Of a stretch of DNA of 50,269 nucleotides, positions 35,579-45,279 are shown one piece after another. The stretch's first letter is position 1; each line of letters begins with the position of its first letter. Under the pieces are notes generated by a model. It saw only the letters and a program-made list of their open reading frames with translations, was not told the DNA's origin and did no database searches. Origin of the DNA: Planctomycetota bacterium (GTDB lineage Bacteria; Planctomycetota; Phycisphaerae; Sedimentisphaerales; Anaerobacaceae); NCBI GenBank assembly GCA_020350405.1, contig CP070715.1:606856-657124 (forward strand), in the 5' to 3' direction. Position numbers and translations under genes: made by a program.

Positions 35579-37582
35579 ATGGTAGATAGAAATATAGTTA
35601 GTAAATTAGGCTTGTCAAAAGAGGCTATCGACAAACAGGTCACAGAGATGTTCAGTGATAAAGAAAGCGAACTTTTGGAGGAAGTACTGCAGAAAAAAGT
35701 GGATTCGCGCCTGCCAGGAACTATCCTCAAAGGAACAATCGTTTCCCAGATAGGAAATGATGTTATTGTTGAAGTGGGTTTGAAAAGCGAAGGAGTTGTT
35801 GACGCAAGTGAATTTGATAGTCCCGATGAGATATCGCCGGGCAAGGACATTGAAGTGCTGCTTGAGGATACAGACTCCGAGGGCGGCTTCATACTGTTGA
35901 ACAAACGCAAAGCCGATCGAATCAGAGGCTGGGAGGTGATTGTTAACACGAAGAAGGAGGGGGATGTTGCAAGCGGAAAGGTTATAAGACGCATCAAGGG
36001 CGGTTTGCTTGTTGACATTGGCGTGCCCGTGTTTTTGCCCGCCTCGCAGGTTGATATCAGAAAACCTGGCGATATTAGTAGGTTTATCGGCAAGGAGGTG
36101 GAATGTAAGATACTTAAAATTGACGTTGAAGGCCGGAACATCGTCGTCTCCCGGCGCAAGCTCATCGAAGAAGAACGCCAGAGCAGTAAAGAAAAGATTC
36201 TTGCAGAGATCGAGGCAGGCCAATTGCGAAAAGGTGTGGTCAAGAACATTGCTGACTTTGGCGTGTTTGTAGATTTGGGAGGCTTGGACGGGCTGTTGCA
36301 TATTTCAGATTTGAGTTGGGGCAGAATCTCACATCCCTCGGAAGTGGTTCAACTCGACCAGGAAATCGAATGTGTTGTTATTGGTGTCGATAAGGAAGGG
36401 GAGAAGATTTCCCTTGGTTTGAAGCAGAAAACCTCCAGCCCTTGGGAGGATGTTGAGCATCGCTATCCTATTGCAGCAAGGGTAAAGGGTAAGGTGGTCA
36501 ATGTTATGAATTATGGCGTTTTCGTCCGGCTTGAAGACGGGATTGAAGGGCTCGTGCATATTAGTGAGATGAGCTGGACCAGGCGCCTCTCACACCCCAG
36601 CGAGATGCTCAGTCTCGGCGATGAAATCGACGTGGTTGTACTGAGTGTTAACAAGGAGAGACAGGAAATCTCGCTGGGCCTGAAGCAGACTGAAATAAAT
36701 CCCTGGGCGGTTGCTTCTCAGAAGTATCCGGCGGGAACGATTGTTCCCGCTACGGTCAGAAGCATGACCAATTTCGGCGTCTTCGTCGAGATCGAGCAGG
36801 GCATTGACGGTATGATACACATCTCGGATCTAAGTTGGACTAAGAAATACGGACATCCCAGTGAGGCCCTGCAGAAAGGTCAAGAAATAAAATGTGTTGT
36901 CTTGGAAGTTAATGAGGAAAAACGTCGGATATCTCTCGGGATGAAGCAAATGACTGAGGACCCCTGGCTTCGTGCTATTCCAGAAAAATATATTCCCGGT
37001 CAAATTATTAAAGGTAAGGTGACGAAAATTACCAATTTTGGTGCTTTCGTTGAACTTGAACCAGAGTTGGAAGGGTTGTTGCACATTTCTGAACTCGCAG
37101 ACCATAAGATCGAGAAACCACAGGATATTGTTAAATTGGACGAAGAGATCGAAGTTAAGATTCTAAGGGTTGATACTGAGTCCCGCAAAATCGGTTTGAG
37201 CTTACGAAGAGTGCGGTGGGCTGCCGAAGAGCAGGCGGCTGAACATGCCCCGAAGCCGGCCCCGGTAGGTGTTCAGACGGTTCTTTCTGACAGTGATATC
37301 GACCGGTTAGAAAAACCGAAAGACGAGCAAACAAGTGAGCCAGAGCAGGATATCTCTGAACCGAGCCCGCCAAGTGAGCAGAAGGCCGAAACGGTTGGAC
37401 CTGAAAAAATCAGCGACAGCGAGCAGGTGCAAGAGGCAAAAGAATCTGAACCGGCACACGTTGAGCCGACTCAGGAAGCTACCGACTCTGAGAGTCAGGC
37501 CGGCGACGATAGTAGTAAAAAGGAGGAGGATAAAACCAGTGATGATAGTAATGCAGAGGAGGAAAGCAAGGCCGATAATTAA
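35579..37582 (+). CDS. rpsA: 30S ribosomal protein S1 with six S1 domains and a 120-aa acidic C-terminal tail
   Basis: Repeated S1 motifs (G.V..I...G..V..G....G..H.S) occur six times. The cmk...ispH-rpsA neighbourhood is the usual context. Confidence 0.92.
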   Translation: MVDRNIVSKLGLSKEAIDKQVTEMFSDKESELLEEVLQKKVDSRLPGTILKGTIVSQIGNDVIVEVGLKSEGVVDASEFDSPDEISPGKDIEVLLEDTDSEGGFILLNKRKADRIRGWEVIVNTKKEGDVASGKVIRRIKGGLLVDIGVPVFLPASQVDIRKPGDISRFIGKEVECKILKIDVEGRNIVVSRRKLIEEERQSSKEKILAEIEAGQLRKGVVKNIADFGVFVDLGGLDGLLHISDLSWGRISHPSEVVQLDQEIECVVIGVDKEGEKISLGLKQKTSSPWEDVEHRYPIAARVKGKVVNVMNYGVFVRLEDGIEGLVHISEMSWTRRLSHPSEMLSLGDEIDVVVLSVNKERQEISLGLKQTEINPWAVASQKYPAGTIVPATVRSMTNFGVFVEIEQGIDGMIHISDLSWTKKYGHPSEALQKGQEIKCVVLEVNEEKRRISLGMKQMTEDPWLRAIPEKYIPGQIIKGKVTKITNFGAFVELEPELEGLLHISELADHKIEKPQDIVKLDEEIEVKILRVDTESRKIGLSLRRVRWAAEEQAAEHAPKPAPVGVQTVLSDSDIDRLEKPKDEQTSEPEQDISEPSPPSEQKAETVGPEKISDSEQVQEAKESEPAHVEPTQEATDSESQAGDDSSKKEEDKTSDDSNAEEESKADN

Positions 37583-37826
37583 AGCCTGATGGCAGATATT
37601 GACCAGCTGCATCTAACCAGTTAAACTTGCGCGTATATCTGACCGATACCTCAAATAGATTTGTTCTTTGGCGAAGGACCAAATATGGCCTTATGGCTGG
37701 AGCCGGAAGGCTTTTCCGGTTGGGCAGGAGTGAGCTATAGCATTTGACATAACCATAAAAGAGTACCTGAAGGAGATTGACGAAGCCTCGCTGCTGACAG
37801 TAGAACAGGAGCGCTCATTAGGCAAA

Positions 37827-38555
37827 TTGGTTGTTGAAGAGAATGACCCGGGTGCCAGAGACCAGTTGGTGCGAAGCAATCTGAGACTGGTCGTTAATAT
37901 TGCAAAGAAATATGGTGGCCGCGGAATGAGTCTTGGCGACCTGATTGAGGAGGGCAATCTCGGCCTTATAAAGGCTGTTGACTATTTTGACCCCGACCAT
38001 GGGACACGATTCAGCACCTATGCCGCATGGTGGATAAAGCAGAGTATCAAGCGCGCGTTGCTGGCCAATGTCCAGCCCGTCCATATACCAACCTATATGG
38101 TTGCATTAATGAATCAGTGGCGACATACCACCGCAGATCTCGAAAGCAGGCTTGGCAGAACACTCGATGTCGAAGAAATGGCAGAGATAATGCACCTGCC
38201 GCTGCGGAAAGCGAAAATCATACATCAAATTGTCAAAATACTTAGCTCTGTGAGGGACACTTCCGGCACGGATGGCACGCCCGACGATAAAATGCTCGAG
38301 GAGACTCTGCCAGACCAGAACGCGCCTACACCCGAGGATGAATTGGTCGCCGACGAAGAAAAGACAAAGGTTTTAAAATTGCTCGACGAAATCAACCCGC
38401 GAGAAGCCAATGTCTTGAGATTGCATTACGGGCTGGATGGACGCAAACCAATGACGCTAAGACAAATAGGCGAAAAATTGGGCCTGACCCGCGAGAGAAT
38501 TCGACAAATTCAACGTGCCGCACTTACTAAGCTTTATGAGTATATGAACGAATAG
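37827..38555 (+). CDS. Sigma-70 family RNA polymerase sigma factor (regions 1.2-4). The true start probably lies upstream of the first canonical start codon.
   Basis: [47 protein letters not shown], and the region 4 [23 protein letters not shown]. An in-frame upstream peptide [24 protein letters not shown] (region 1.2) lies at 37755-37826. Confidence 0.85.
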   Translation: MVVEENDPGARDQLVRSNLRLVVNIAKKYGGRGMSLGDLIEEGNLGLIKAVDYFDPDHGTRFSTYAAWWIKQSIKRALLANVQPVHIPTYMVALMNQWRHTTADLESRLGRTLDVEEMAEIMHLPLRKAKIIHQIVKILSSVRDTSGTDGTPDDKMLEETLPDQNAPTPEDELVADEEKTKVLKLLDEINPREANVLRLHYGLDGRKPMTLRQIGEKLGLTRERIRQIQRAALTKLYEYMNE

Positions 38556-38684
38556 CGGCGGTGGACAGCAAGTCAATGGAGCTCGCATTTCCCCTGTGAT
38601 ATACTATCAATGGTAGATAGCGGCAATCGAATAACCTGCTGGCTCTAAGCAATGCCTTGATAAATGCCGAGGAATGCAGAATAA

Positions 38685-39212
38685 ATGGTGCCCCAAAAAA
38701 TTGACCTGGAAAGATACATTCGCAGCATACCTCACTGGCCAAAGAAAGGAATCTTATTTCGCGATATTACACCGCTGTTAGCCGACCGGGATGCGTTTGC
38801 AGCAGCGATAGACGCCTTATGCGCCGACTTCACGAACACAGATATTAACTATGTTGCCGCTATTGAGGCCAGAGGGTTTATATTTGGTGCGGCCGTCGCA
38901 AAAAAACTCCAGGCTGGCTTTGTACCCATAAGAAAAAAGGGCAAACTGCCCTTCAAAACCGAAAGTGTTACTTATGACTTGGAATACGGCACTGATACTT
39001 TAGAGGTGCATATTGATGCTATAAAAAAGGGCCCGCGCATCCTGATGGTCGACGATTTACTGGCAACTGGTGGGACAATGGCCGCCTCGTGCAAACTCAT
39101 CGAGAAACTGGGCGGACGAATTGTGGGAATATCCTTCCTTATAGAGCTCAGCGAATTGGCCGGCCGAGATAAACTGACCGGCTACGAAATCAGAACCGTT
39201 ATTTCTTATTGA
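38685..39212 (+). CDS. apt: Adenine phosphoribosyltransferase
   Basis: FRDITPLL, IEARGFIFGAAVA, and PRPP motif ILMVDDLLATGGT. 175 aa. Confidence 0.92.
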   Translation: MVPQKIDLERYIRSIPHWPKKGILFRDITPLLADRDAFAAAIDALCADFTNTDINYVAAIEARGFIFGAAVAKKLQAGFVPIRKKGKLPFKTESVTYDLEYGTDTLEVHIDAIKKGPRILMVDDLLATGGTMAASCKLIEKLGGRIVGISFLIELSELAGRDKLTGYEIRTVISY

Positions 39213-39357
39213 CCCTCTGCCCGTAACTGCACCACCGAAATATTAAGGCATGCAAAGTAGAGAGTCGTTGCCTTGATAAAAAATTAAGGCTTCACAAACA
39301 ACGTGAACCCTTTACCTTGTTTAAATGATACAATAAAGCCTCCGAGTGTTGGCCAGC

Positions 39358-39933
39358 TTATTTTCTTCCCCTTCTCCGCAACATCAGGATACCCAGACCA
39401 AGTAGCCCGATTGTTGCCGGTTCCGGGACCGGATTCTGGGTCAAAGTAAGCTCAAAGGTTCCGGCGGTAGGCAACAGGATGTCAAACTGAAGCTGAAGTA
39501 ACTGGTGGTCCTGAACTGCATCGTCCCCTGAGAACTCGATTGTTGTAGCATCCGGATATACCACCGTTTGAAAGTTTGTGCCAACAGCACTCGCGCTGCC
39601 GTTAACAAAGCTGGCCTCGCCCGACGGGTCATATAGTGTCAGCGTGTACTCGCTCCACGTAATAGCAGTGCTATTTGTGATCTTTTTAAGAACAGTAAAA
39701 CTTGTCGAATCCGCGTCGGTCTCGCCGCTCAATTCACCTACATCCGGGCCGAGGTCTTCAAGCGTCTCGATGATTGTTAGTTCGGCCAGCCCATAATTAA
39801 AGCTCCACTCGTGCCTGTACATATGAGGATCGCCCGGAAAGTTGCAGTCAAAACTGCCGTCGACAATACCCCCTAGCGTGACTTTACAACAAATTACTAG
39901 CACCACCCCCAAAATAGCGACACACCTTCTCAC
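39358..39933 (-). CDS. PEP-CTERM sorting-domain secreted protein
   Basis: C-terminus VPEPATIGLLGLGILMLRRRGRK (PEP motif, TM helix, basic tail). GTG 39933 is preceded by AAGGAGGAG and gives the signal peptide (M)RRCVAILGVVLVICC. Confidence 0.8.
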   Translation of the reverse strand: MRRCVAILGVVLVICCKVTLGGIVDGSFDCNFPGDPHMYRHEWSFNYGLAELTIIETLEDLGPDVGELSGETDADSTSFTVLKKITNSTAITWSEYTLTLYDPSGEASFVNGSASAVGTNFQTVVYPDATTIEFSGDDAVQDHQLLQLQFDILLPTAGTFELTLTQNPVPEPATIGLLGLGILMLRRRGRK

Positions 39934-40191
39934 CCGTCTTCTCCTCCTTAAAACCTCTTCTCGCCCGAACTTCGCCTGACGAGAGTATTCCAGAAACAAG
40001 CGGTGCTCTAACCCTGACAACGTTACTATATAATAGCCGCTCTTATTTTGTCAAGCGTATTTTTTTGAAAATTCCGTCAAAAATCAAGGCTTACGTCACC
40101 GTTACACTGTTAGCGCCATGTAAGCCCTTAAAGAACAACCACTTAAGGCAGGTAAAAAATCTTGCTTTTTTTCAAAAAATGTGGCAAATAT

Positions 40192-41088
40192 TTAATGTTG
40201 CCCTTGGGCCTCCACTTTTTGTTTTTTCCCAATTGCAATCCGGTCATTATCCTGAAAATCCTTTTCAATTGCAATCTGAGCAAAACAGCCCTCCTCATCA
40301 AGCAATGCCTTTACTGTCGGCCCTTGGCTGTAGCCGACCTCAAGCATCAGGGCCGCGTCGGCCTTCAGAAAGCTGTCCGCCTTTTCGATGACCCTTCGAC
40401 AGATGTCCAGACCATCATCTCCTCCAAACAGCGCCGATTTTGGTTCGTAATCTCTTACGTTTTTACCAAGCCCTTCAAACTCAGCGGTACCTACGTAGGG
40501 TGGATTGCAGATAATCAAGTCGAATTTCCCCATGTCCAGCTGTGGTACAATTGGTTCGAATAGATCGCCGCATAATAGCTTGATTCGCTCCTGTAGTTGG
40601 TGCCCTTCGATATTTCTAGCGGCTATCTTCAGAGCGCCATCTGAGATATCCGTTGCGATTATCTCAGCATCGGCGTAGTTTTTGGCTACTGCCACGGCGA
40701 TGCAGCCGCTGCCGGTGCAAAGGTCGCAAACGAATTGCTTGCCATTGCGCGTTCGAAGAAACTCAATGGCTCTCTCAACGAGCAACTCGGTCTCCGGCCG
40801 GGGAATCATACAGTCAGGCGTAATTTCCAATTCTAATGAATAAAATTCAGTCTTCCCCACTATGTATGCGATGGGCTCATTTTGGCTGGCCCGTTCTACC
40901 AGCTTGTGCAGCTCGTCCAATTGCTCTTTGGTGACCACTTTATCGAATTGTGTGTATAATTCAATCCGCTTTAATCCTAAGACGTGAGAAAGTAGAAGCT
41001 CTGCGCTCAGCCGTGGTGCATCAATCCCCTTCTCGGTGAAGTGCTTGACGGCCCAATTTAATAGTCGCTGTATCGTCCAGACTTCCAT
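40192..41088 (-). CDS. prmC: Peptide chain release factor N5-glutamine methyltransferase
   Basis: DLCTGSGCIAVAVA (motif I) and LIICNPPYV (NPPY). The HemK N-terminal domain is present. ATG 41088 is preferred over TTG 41106. Confidence 0.88.
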   Translation of the reverse strand: MEVWTIQRLLNWAVKHFTEKGIDAPRLSAELLLSHVLGLKRIELYTQFDKVVTKEQLDELHKLVERASQNEPIAYIVGKTEFYSLELEITPDCMIPRPETELLVERAIEFLRTRNGKQFVCDLCTGSGCIAVAVAKNYADAEIIATDISDGALKIAARNIEGHQLQERIKLLCGDLFEPIVPQLDMGKFDLIICNPPYVGTAEFEGLGKNVRDYEPKSALFGGDDGLDICRRVIEKADSFLKADAALMLEVGYSQGPTVKALLDEEGCFAQIAIEKDFQDNDRIAIGKKQKVEAQGQH

Positions 41089-41188
41089 AAAGTTATAATG
41101 TAACAAAAATCTTCCGTCCGGGATACGTAGCGAGGGCCGCCCGCTTAACCGGCCCTCCTCGTTCGCTCAATATTAGACCCTCCCAAAA

Positions 41189-42112
41189 TCAATTCGCGGA
41201 AAAACCAAAAAGCTTTTTCAGCTCACCCTTGGAAGGCCGCCGACCGTACTCACATACCTCGAACGCCTCGGCGTATCGTACCTTCCTGCCCTTCTCGCCG
41301 CCGTAAAGCTCGGTTAGCTTCTCGCGATACTTATCTGCAACCCGCTCGTCCCTCGAGCCTAACCGCCTGCTAACCTGTTGCCGGCGCTGCTCGCGCGCCG
41401 CTGGCTCTTTAGGCACCGGCACCACCTTCTCAAAGTTACCCGTAGCCCACAGAGATTCAATCTGAGACTCAAAAGACCAGATAGCCTCGAATTTCCGCTT
41501 GAATACCTCATCTACCGCAACAACGATATCAGGTTCAAAAGGATTAGGCTTTTGAAAGTTGTCGGAAAGATACAGAAAAACAGGGTTTCTCGCCAACTGA
41601 GGAACATCAGTGCAGAAGAACTTAACGGTAACCATAAACGCCGCGTCCTGAACCAATATGCCGGTGTACCGATGGTCAGGATGGTAGTCGTTCGGCCGGT
41701 GCGACATTACAATATCGGCCTTCCACTCGCGTATCAGCCGCACTATTGTCCTGCGGTTTTCCAGCGTCGGCATCAACTCTCCATCATGGATATCCAGCAC
41801 CTCCGACTCATCAATGCCAAGTGTCTTCGCCGCCTTCTTTACCTCAGCAGCGCGGCGTTTTGCGAGCGTGCCTCCAGCCATCTCCGCGTGCCCAATATCA
41901 CCGTTGGTCGTCGAGACAAACTTCACATGGTGACCCTGCGCCGCCCACACCGCCGCAACACCCCCGGCCTTCTGCTCACAGTCATCCGGATGCGCACCAA
42001 ACACGATAATCCGCAGCTTCCCATCACCCTCTGCCCCAACCACAACAACCGCCGTTACCGCAACAACCAAAACCGCCACACACAACCTGACACTATTTCT
42101 TCGCTTCTTCAT
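41189..42112 (-). CDS. PIG-L/LmbE family deacetylase with N-terminal signal/anchor
   Basis: VFGAHPDDCE and NDYHPDH zinc-site motifs. ATG 42112 is preceded by GGAGG with a 6-nt spacer. Confidence 0.8.
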   Translation of the reverse strand: MKKRRNSVRLCVAVLVVAVTAVVVVGAEGDGKLRIIVFGAHPDDCEQKAGGVAAVWAAQGHHVKFVSTTNGDIGHAEMAGGTLAKRRAAEVKKAAKTLGIDESEVLDIHDGELMPTLENRRTIVRLIREWKADIVMSHRPNDYHPDHRYTGILVQDAAFMVTVKFFCTDVPQLARNPVFLYLSDNFQKPNPFEPDIVVAVDEVFKRKFEAIWSFESQIESLWATGNFEKVVPVPKEPAAREQRRQQVSRRLGSRDERVADKYREKLTELYGGEKGRKVRYAEAFEVCEYGRRPSKGELKKLFGFSAN

Positions 42113-42158
42113 AACGTACCTCCACATAAGAAACCTTCTGACCTTATGACTTTATTGC

Positions 42159-43676
42159 CTATATATAAACCTTATCCATCAGTCTCGGAAATGCGATACA
42201 CTGGCGGATGTGTTTTTCGCTCGTCAGCCAGGCAACGGTCCGCTCAACACCAAGGCCGAAGCCGCCGTGCGGTACCGAGCCGTATTTCCGCAAGTCCAGA
42301 TACCAACTATAATTTTCAACATCCAGCCCTTGCCCGCTAATCCGCTTAAGCAGCTTCTCGTAATCATCTTCTCTGACCGAGCCGCCGATGATTTCTCCAA
42401 ACCCCGCAGGGGCAAGCAAATCAAAGTTCAAAACGACCTTTTCATTGCCCCTGTCGGTCTTCATATAAAATGCCTTGGCGTCTTTCGGATAGTGCGTGAC
42501 AAAGATGGGCTTATCGTGCATCTGCGAGATTATCGTCTCATCCGAGCCGCCTAGGTCCTTGCCCCACTGAAACCCGGCCGCCAATTTCGCATGCTTCGGA
42601 TTGTTTTCAATCCTGGCATCGGTCTCGCCGAGCTCCGCACGCAATTCAATCAGTTCAGCGGCGATCTTGTCCTTCTGCCACTGCTTTCTCTGCCCTGCCT
42701 GCTTCTTTTCAAGCTCGCCGATCCTGCTCTCTATTTGCTGCTTTTGGCGTTGCAGCTGTTCTAATTGCTCCGAGAGGAATTTTTGTGTCTTTTCGCCGGT
42801 TAGTATCTCTACCGCCTCAGTGTACGTCAGCCGGTAAAAAGGCGGCTTCATCTTCTCCAGCGCCGCGATGTCCGCCCCTAAATATTCCAGTTCGCTCCTG
42901 TTATTCGTAAGCGCCTGCTCGGTAATGAAATAAACGAAGTTCTCCGCCAGTTCGAGAAGCCCATCCAAATCAATAAAGGCCACTTCCGGCTCGACCATCC
43001 AGAACTCCGTCAGGTGCCTGCGGGTCTTGCTCTTTTCCGCCCTGAACGTCGGCCCGAAGCAATACACCTTGCCGAAGCTCATCGCCGCCGACTCCAGATG
43101 CAGCTGGCCCGTCTGCGTCAGGTGAAGCGGCTCGCCGAAATAATCCACCTCAAACAGCGTCTGCTCATCCTCTCCCGCCATCGACATAAATATAGGCGTA
43201 TCAATCAGCACAAAACCTTTATCGTTAAAGAACCTGCGAATCGCGTCGATTACCGTGTGCCGGACCTTCCCGATGCACCACTGCCGGCGCGAGCGAAGGT
43301 GCAGGTGCCTGTTCTTCAGCAGAAAGTCAATCCCATGTGACTTCGGCGTTATCGGATAATCGGTAGCGGCGCCAATAACCTCCGCGTCCGTTACAGCCAA
43401 TTCGTACCCGCCAACACTCCTCTCATCTGCCCGAACAGTCCCGCTTACGCGGATGCTCGACTCCTGCCCTAAGTGCCTCAACTCATCAAATAGCTCGTCC
43501 GACACACTGCCCTTCTCGACAATACACTGACAAAGCCCCGTACCGTCCCGAATAATCAAAAATTGTATCTTGCCGCTGCTCCGGCTGTTATACAACCACC
43601 CCGACAGCGTAACCTCTTTGCCGACATAATCTTTCAATTCAGATATGTAAGTCTTATTATTGTTCGTCATCTGCAC
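42159..43676 (-). CDS. asnS: Asparagine--tRNA ligase with a ~70-aa coiled-coil insertion
   Basis: OB-fold N-terminus (GWLYNSRSSGKIQFLIIRDGTG). Class II motifs FGPTFRAE, EFWMVEPE and GGFGLGVERTV. The YRLTYTEAVEIL...WGKDLGGSDE region is interrupted by the insertion. Confidence 0.85.
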   Translation of the reverse strand: MQMTNNNKTYISELKDYVGKEVTLSGWLYNSRSSGKIQFLIIRDGTGLCQCIVEKGSVSDELFDELRHLGQESSIRVSGTVRADERSVGGYELAVTDAEVIGAATDYPITPKSHGIDFLLKNRHLHLRSRRQWCIGKVRHTVIDAIRRFFNDKGFVLIDTPIFMSMAGEDEQTLFEVDYFGEPLHLTQTGQLHLESAAMSFGKVYCFGPTFRAEKSKTRRHLTEFWMVEPEVAFIDLDGLLELAENFVYFITEQALTNNRSELEYLGADIAALEKMKPPFYRLTYTEAVEILTGEKTQKFLSEQLEQLQRQKQQIESRIGELEKKQAGQRKQWQKDKIAAELIELRAELGETDARIENNPKHAKLAAGFQWGKDLGGSDETIISQMHDKPIFVTHYPKDAKAFYMKTDRGNEKVVLNFDLLAPAGFGEIIGGSVREDDYEKLLKRISGQGLDVENYSWYLDLRKYGSVPHGGFGLGVERTVAWLTSEKHIRQCIAFPRLMDKVYI

Positions 43677-45276
43677 TTTCCTCTTCAGTATCGCAATCCC
43701 TTGTTCTTTGTGGCCAAATTAGTCGGTCATCGGGTTGTGCTTCATTCGGCCAGTGGGACTCATAAAGTCCACCTTCATCAATTCTATTCGCCCCTCTGCT
43801 GTATAGAATAAAACCATCATCAGTAAGCCTATACACAAACAAGCCACCATTAATTGGGTCTATAAAGATTTCCTCCGAGGCGAATTGGCGGACCTCATCA
43901 AGGTTGTCCGGCCATCGGCCATTTGCGTTCTTATAGCGTCTTAAAGCAACCATTATCCGGCTGCCTCGCTTATCCGACTTCACCCGAAGATATACCTCGT
44001 GAATCCTTTGGTAAGCTGGTGCTAACACTTCAGTTAAATGCTCAACCAAGTACGTGTAATTAAGCCGAAATATTTTAGCGGGCTTTTGAGGTTCCTTTTG
44101 CCAATCAAAATCCGGCTCCGCCATCGCATCGTATCTGGCAAAGCTGGCGTCAATTATCTCCGCCGCCTTCTGTGGCGTAGACGGCATATAAAACCAAGCC
44201 AATATCGTGTGTGCCTTCATAAGTTTTCTTCGCCAGTACCTAAGTCGAGCCTTATCCCCGATTTCCTCTTTCGCATCCTCTGGCAATTGGGCAATCATTG
44301 CCCTCATTGCCACACCGGGATTTAATCTTATCCTCCCTTCAGGATTTACCACATAAAACATCCCCAAAAAATTCTTATGCAGTAGCTTTTCGTATTCGAT
44401 AAATCTGGGGAAATCCGTGCTCCAGTCGTATTTAATCGCCTCCAAAGTCTTTTCTATAGCAGCCAGGTCTTCCTCAGTAGCATCACCGGTAACTATGAAT
44501 CTTTTAAACTGGTCTATCGCAAGCGCCTCTATGGCAACCCCGACCAGAAACTCGACCAGCGATGCTTGCTGGCGTTGGTGCTTTCCCATTTGAAGGAGGG
44601 TCACAAGTTTTTTAAGACCCTCCCCACTCCGCACTTCAGCCATGTCGTTACTTACCGCCGAAATAAGCAAATACGCCCACTTTCTCATCAATGGCAGTCG
44701 GTCCATAGTATCGTCAAGACTAAAAGGGTCGGCGTTAATCGGAAATCGGCACTCTTCCATCGCAGCGGCACTCAACAGCTTGCTTATTGTCGTTTTATGC
44801 CCTTCCACCCACGCTGCGATTTGTGGATGCTCCTCACCCAACCAGGGCTCCCGCATAGGTATTTTATCAGCTTCACCCTCTTCCAGTCCGGCGTAATATG
44901 AGTTTGAGTCGTAACTTTCCAATAATTCGTTGTAGATTCTTGCGGCGTTTTCTTCGTCGGGTATTGCGTACTTTGCCTCTAACGCGGCTAATTCCTCATC
45001 GAATGTGTACGGCCGCCAGCCCGTATCGTCTTCAGGCAGAAAGACCCAGATAATCAGCGCTATAACGACAACACCAACGCCGGCCCAAAACCATTTTAGC
45101 CCGCCTCTTGGAAGGACAGTGTGGGCTAATAAAAACACAACCAGAAGTGCAATAACCTTCCACGGCGCCTGGAAGATAAGCCCCAGGATTATCAGAAGTC
45201 CCAACACCCCCACCCCAATCCACTTAAGGATTTTCTTAACAACGCCGCGTTTTTTCTTAGGTTCTTCCTCGGCCAT
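43657..45276 (-). CDS. Membrane protein of unknown function with a pseudopilin (GspG-like) C-terminal-type motif
   Basis: Three N-terminal hydrophobic helices. C-terminal ALRRYKNANGRWPDNLDEV...IDPINGGLFVYRLTDDGFILYSRGANRIDEGG resembles the T2SS major pseudopilin C-terminal pattern. Confidence 0.6.
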   Translation of the reverse strand: MAEEEPKKKRGVVKKILKWIGVGVLGLLIILGLIFQAPWKVIALLVVFLLAHTVLPRGGLKWFWAGVGVVVIALIIWVFLPEDDTGWRPYTFDEELAALEAKYAIPDEENAARIYNELLESYDSNSYYAGLEEGEADKIPMREPWLGEEHPQIAAWVEGHKTTISKLLSAAAMEECRFPINADPFSLDDTMDRLPLMRKWAYLLISAVSNDMAEVRSGEGLKKLVTLLQMGKHQRQQASLVEFLVGVAIEALAIDQFKRFIVTGDATEEDLAAIEKTLEAIKYDWSTDFPRFIEYEKLLHKNFLGMFYVVNPEGRIRLNPGVAMRAMIAQLPEDAKEEIGDKARLRYWRRKLMKAHTILAWFYMPSTPQKAAEIIDASFARYDAMAEPDFDWQKEPQKPAKIFRLNYTYLVEHLTEVLAPAYQRIHEVYLRVKSDKRGSRIMVALRRYKNANGRWPDNLDEVRQFASEEIFIDPINGGLFVYRLTDDGFILYSRGANRIDEGGLYESHWPNEAQPDDRLIWPQRTRDCDTEEESADDEQ

Positions 45277-45279
45277 GGT

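Noticed and set aside
35530-36301. Two long antisense ORFs (239 and 228 aa) opposite rpsA
   Set aside because: rpsA is unambiguous (six S1 domains). The antisense translations are Ser/Leu/Phe-rich low-complexity strings.
39213-39357. Possible bidirectional terminator between the convergent apt and PEP-CTERM genes (AAGGCA...TGCCTT)
   Set aside because: It has only a 6-bp stem with an 18-nt loop, which is too weak to call.
41378-42340. 320-aa plus-strand ORF opposite the PIG-L gene and the asnS 3' end
   Set aside because: It is an Arg/Leu/His-rich shadow frame spanning two well-supported minus-strand genes and their spacer.
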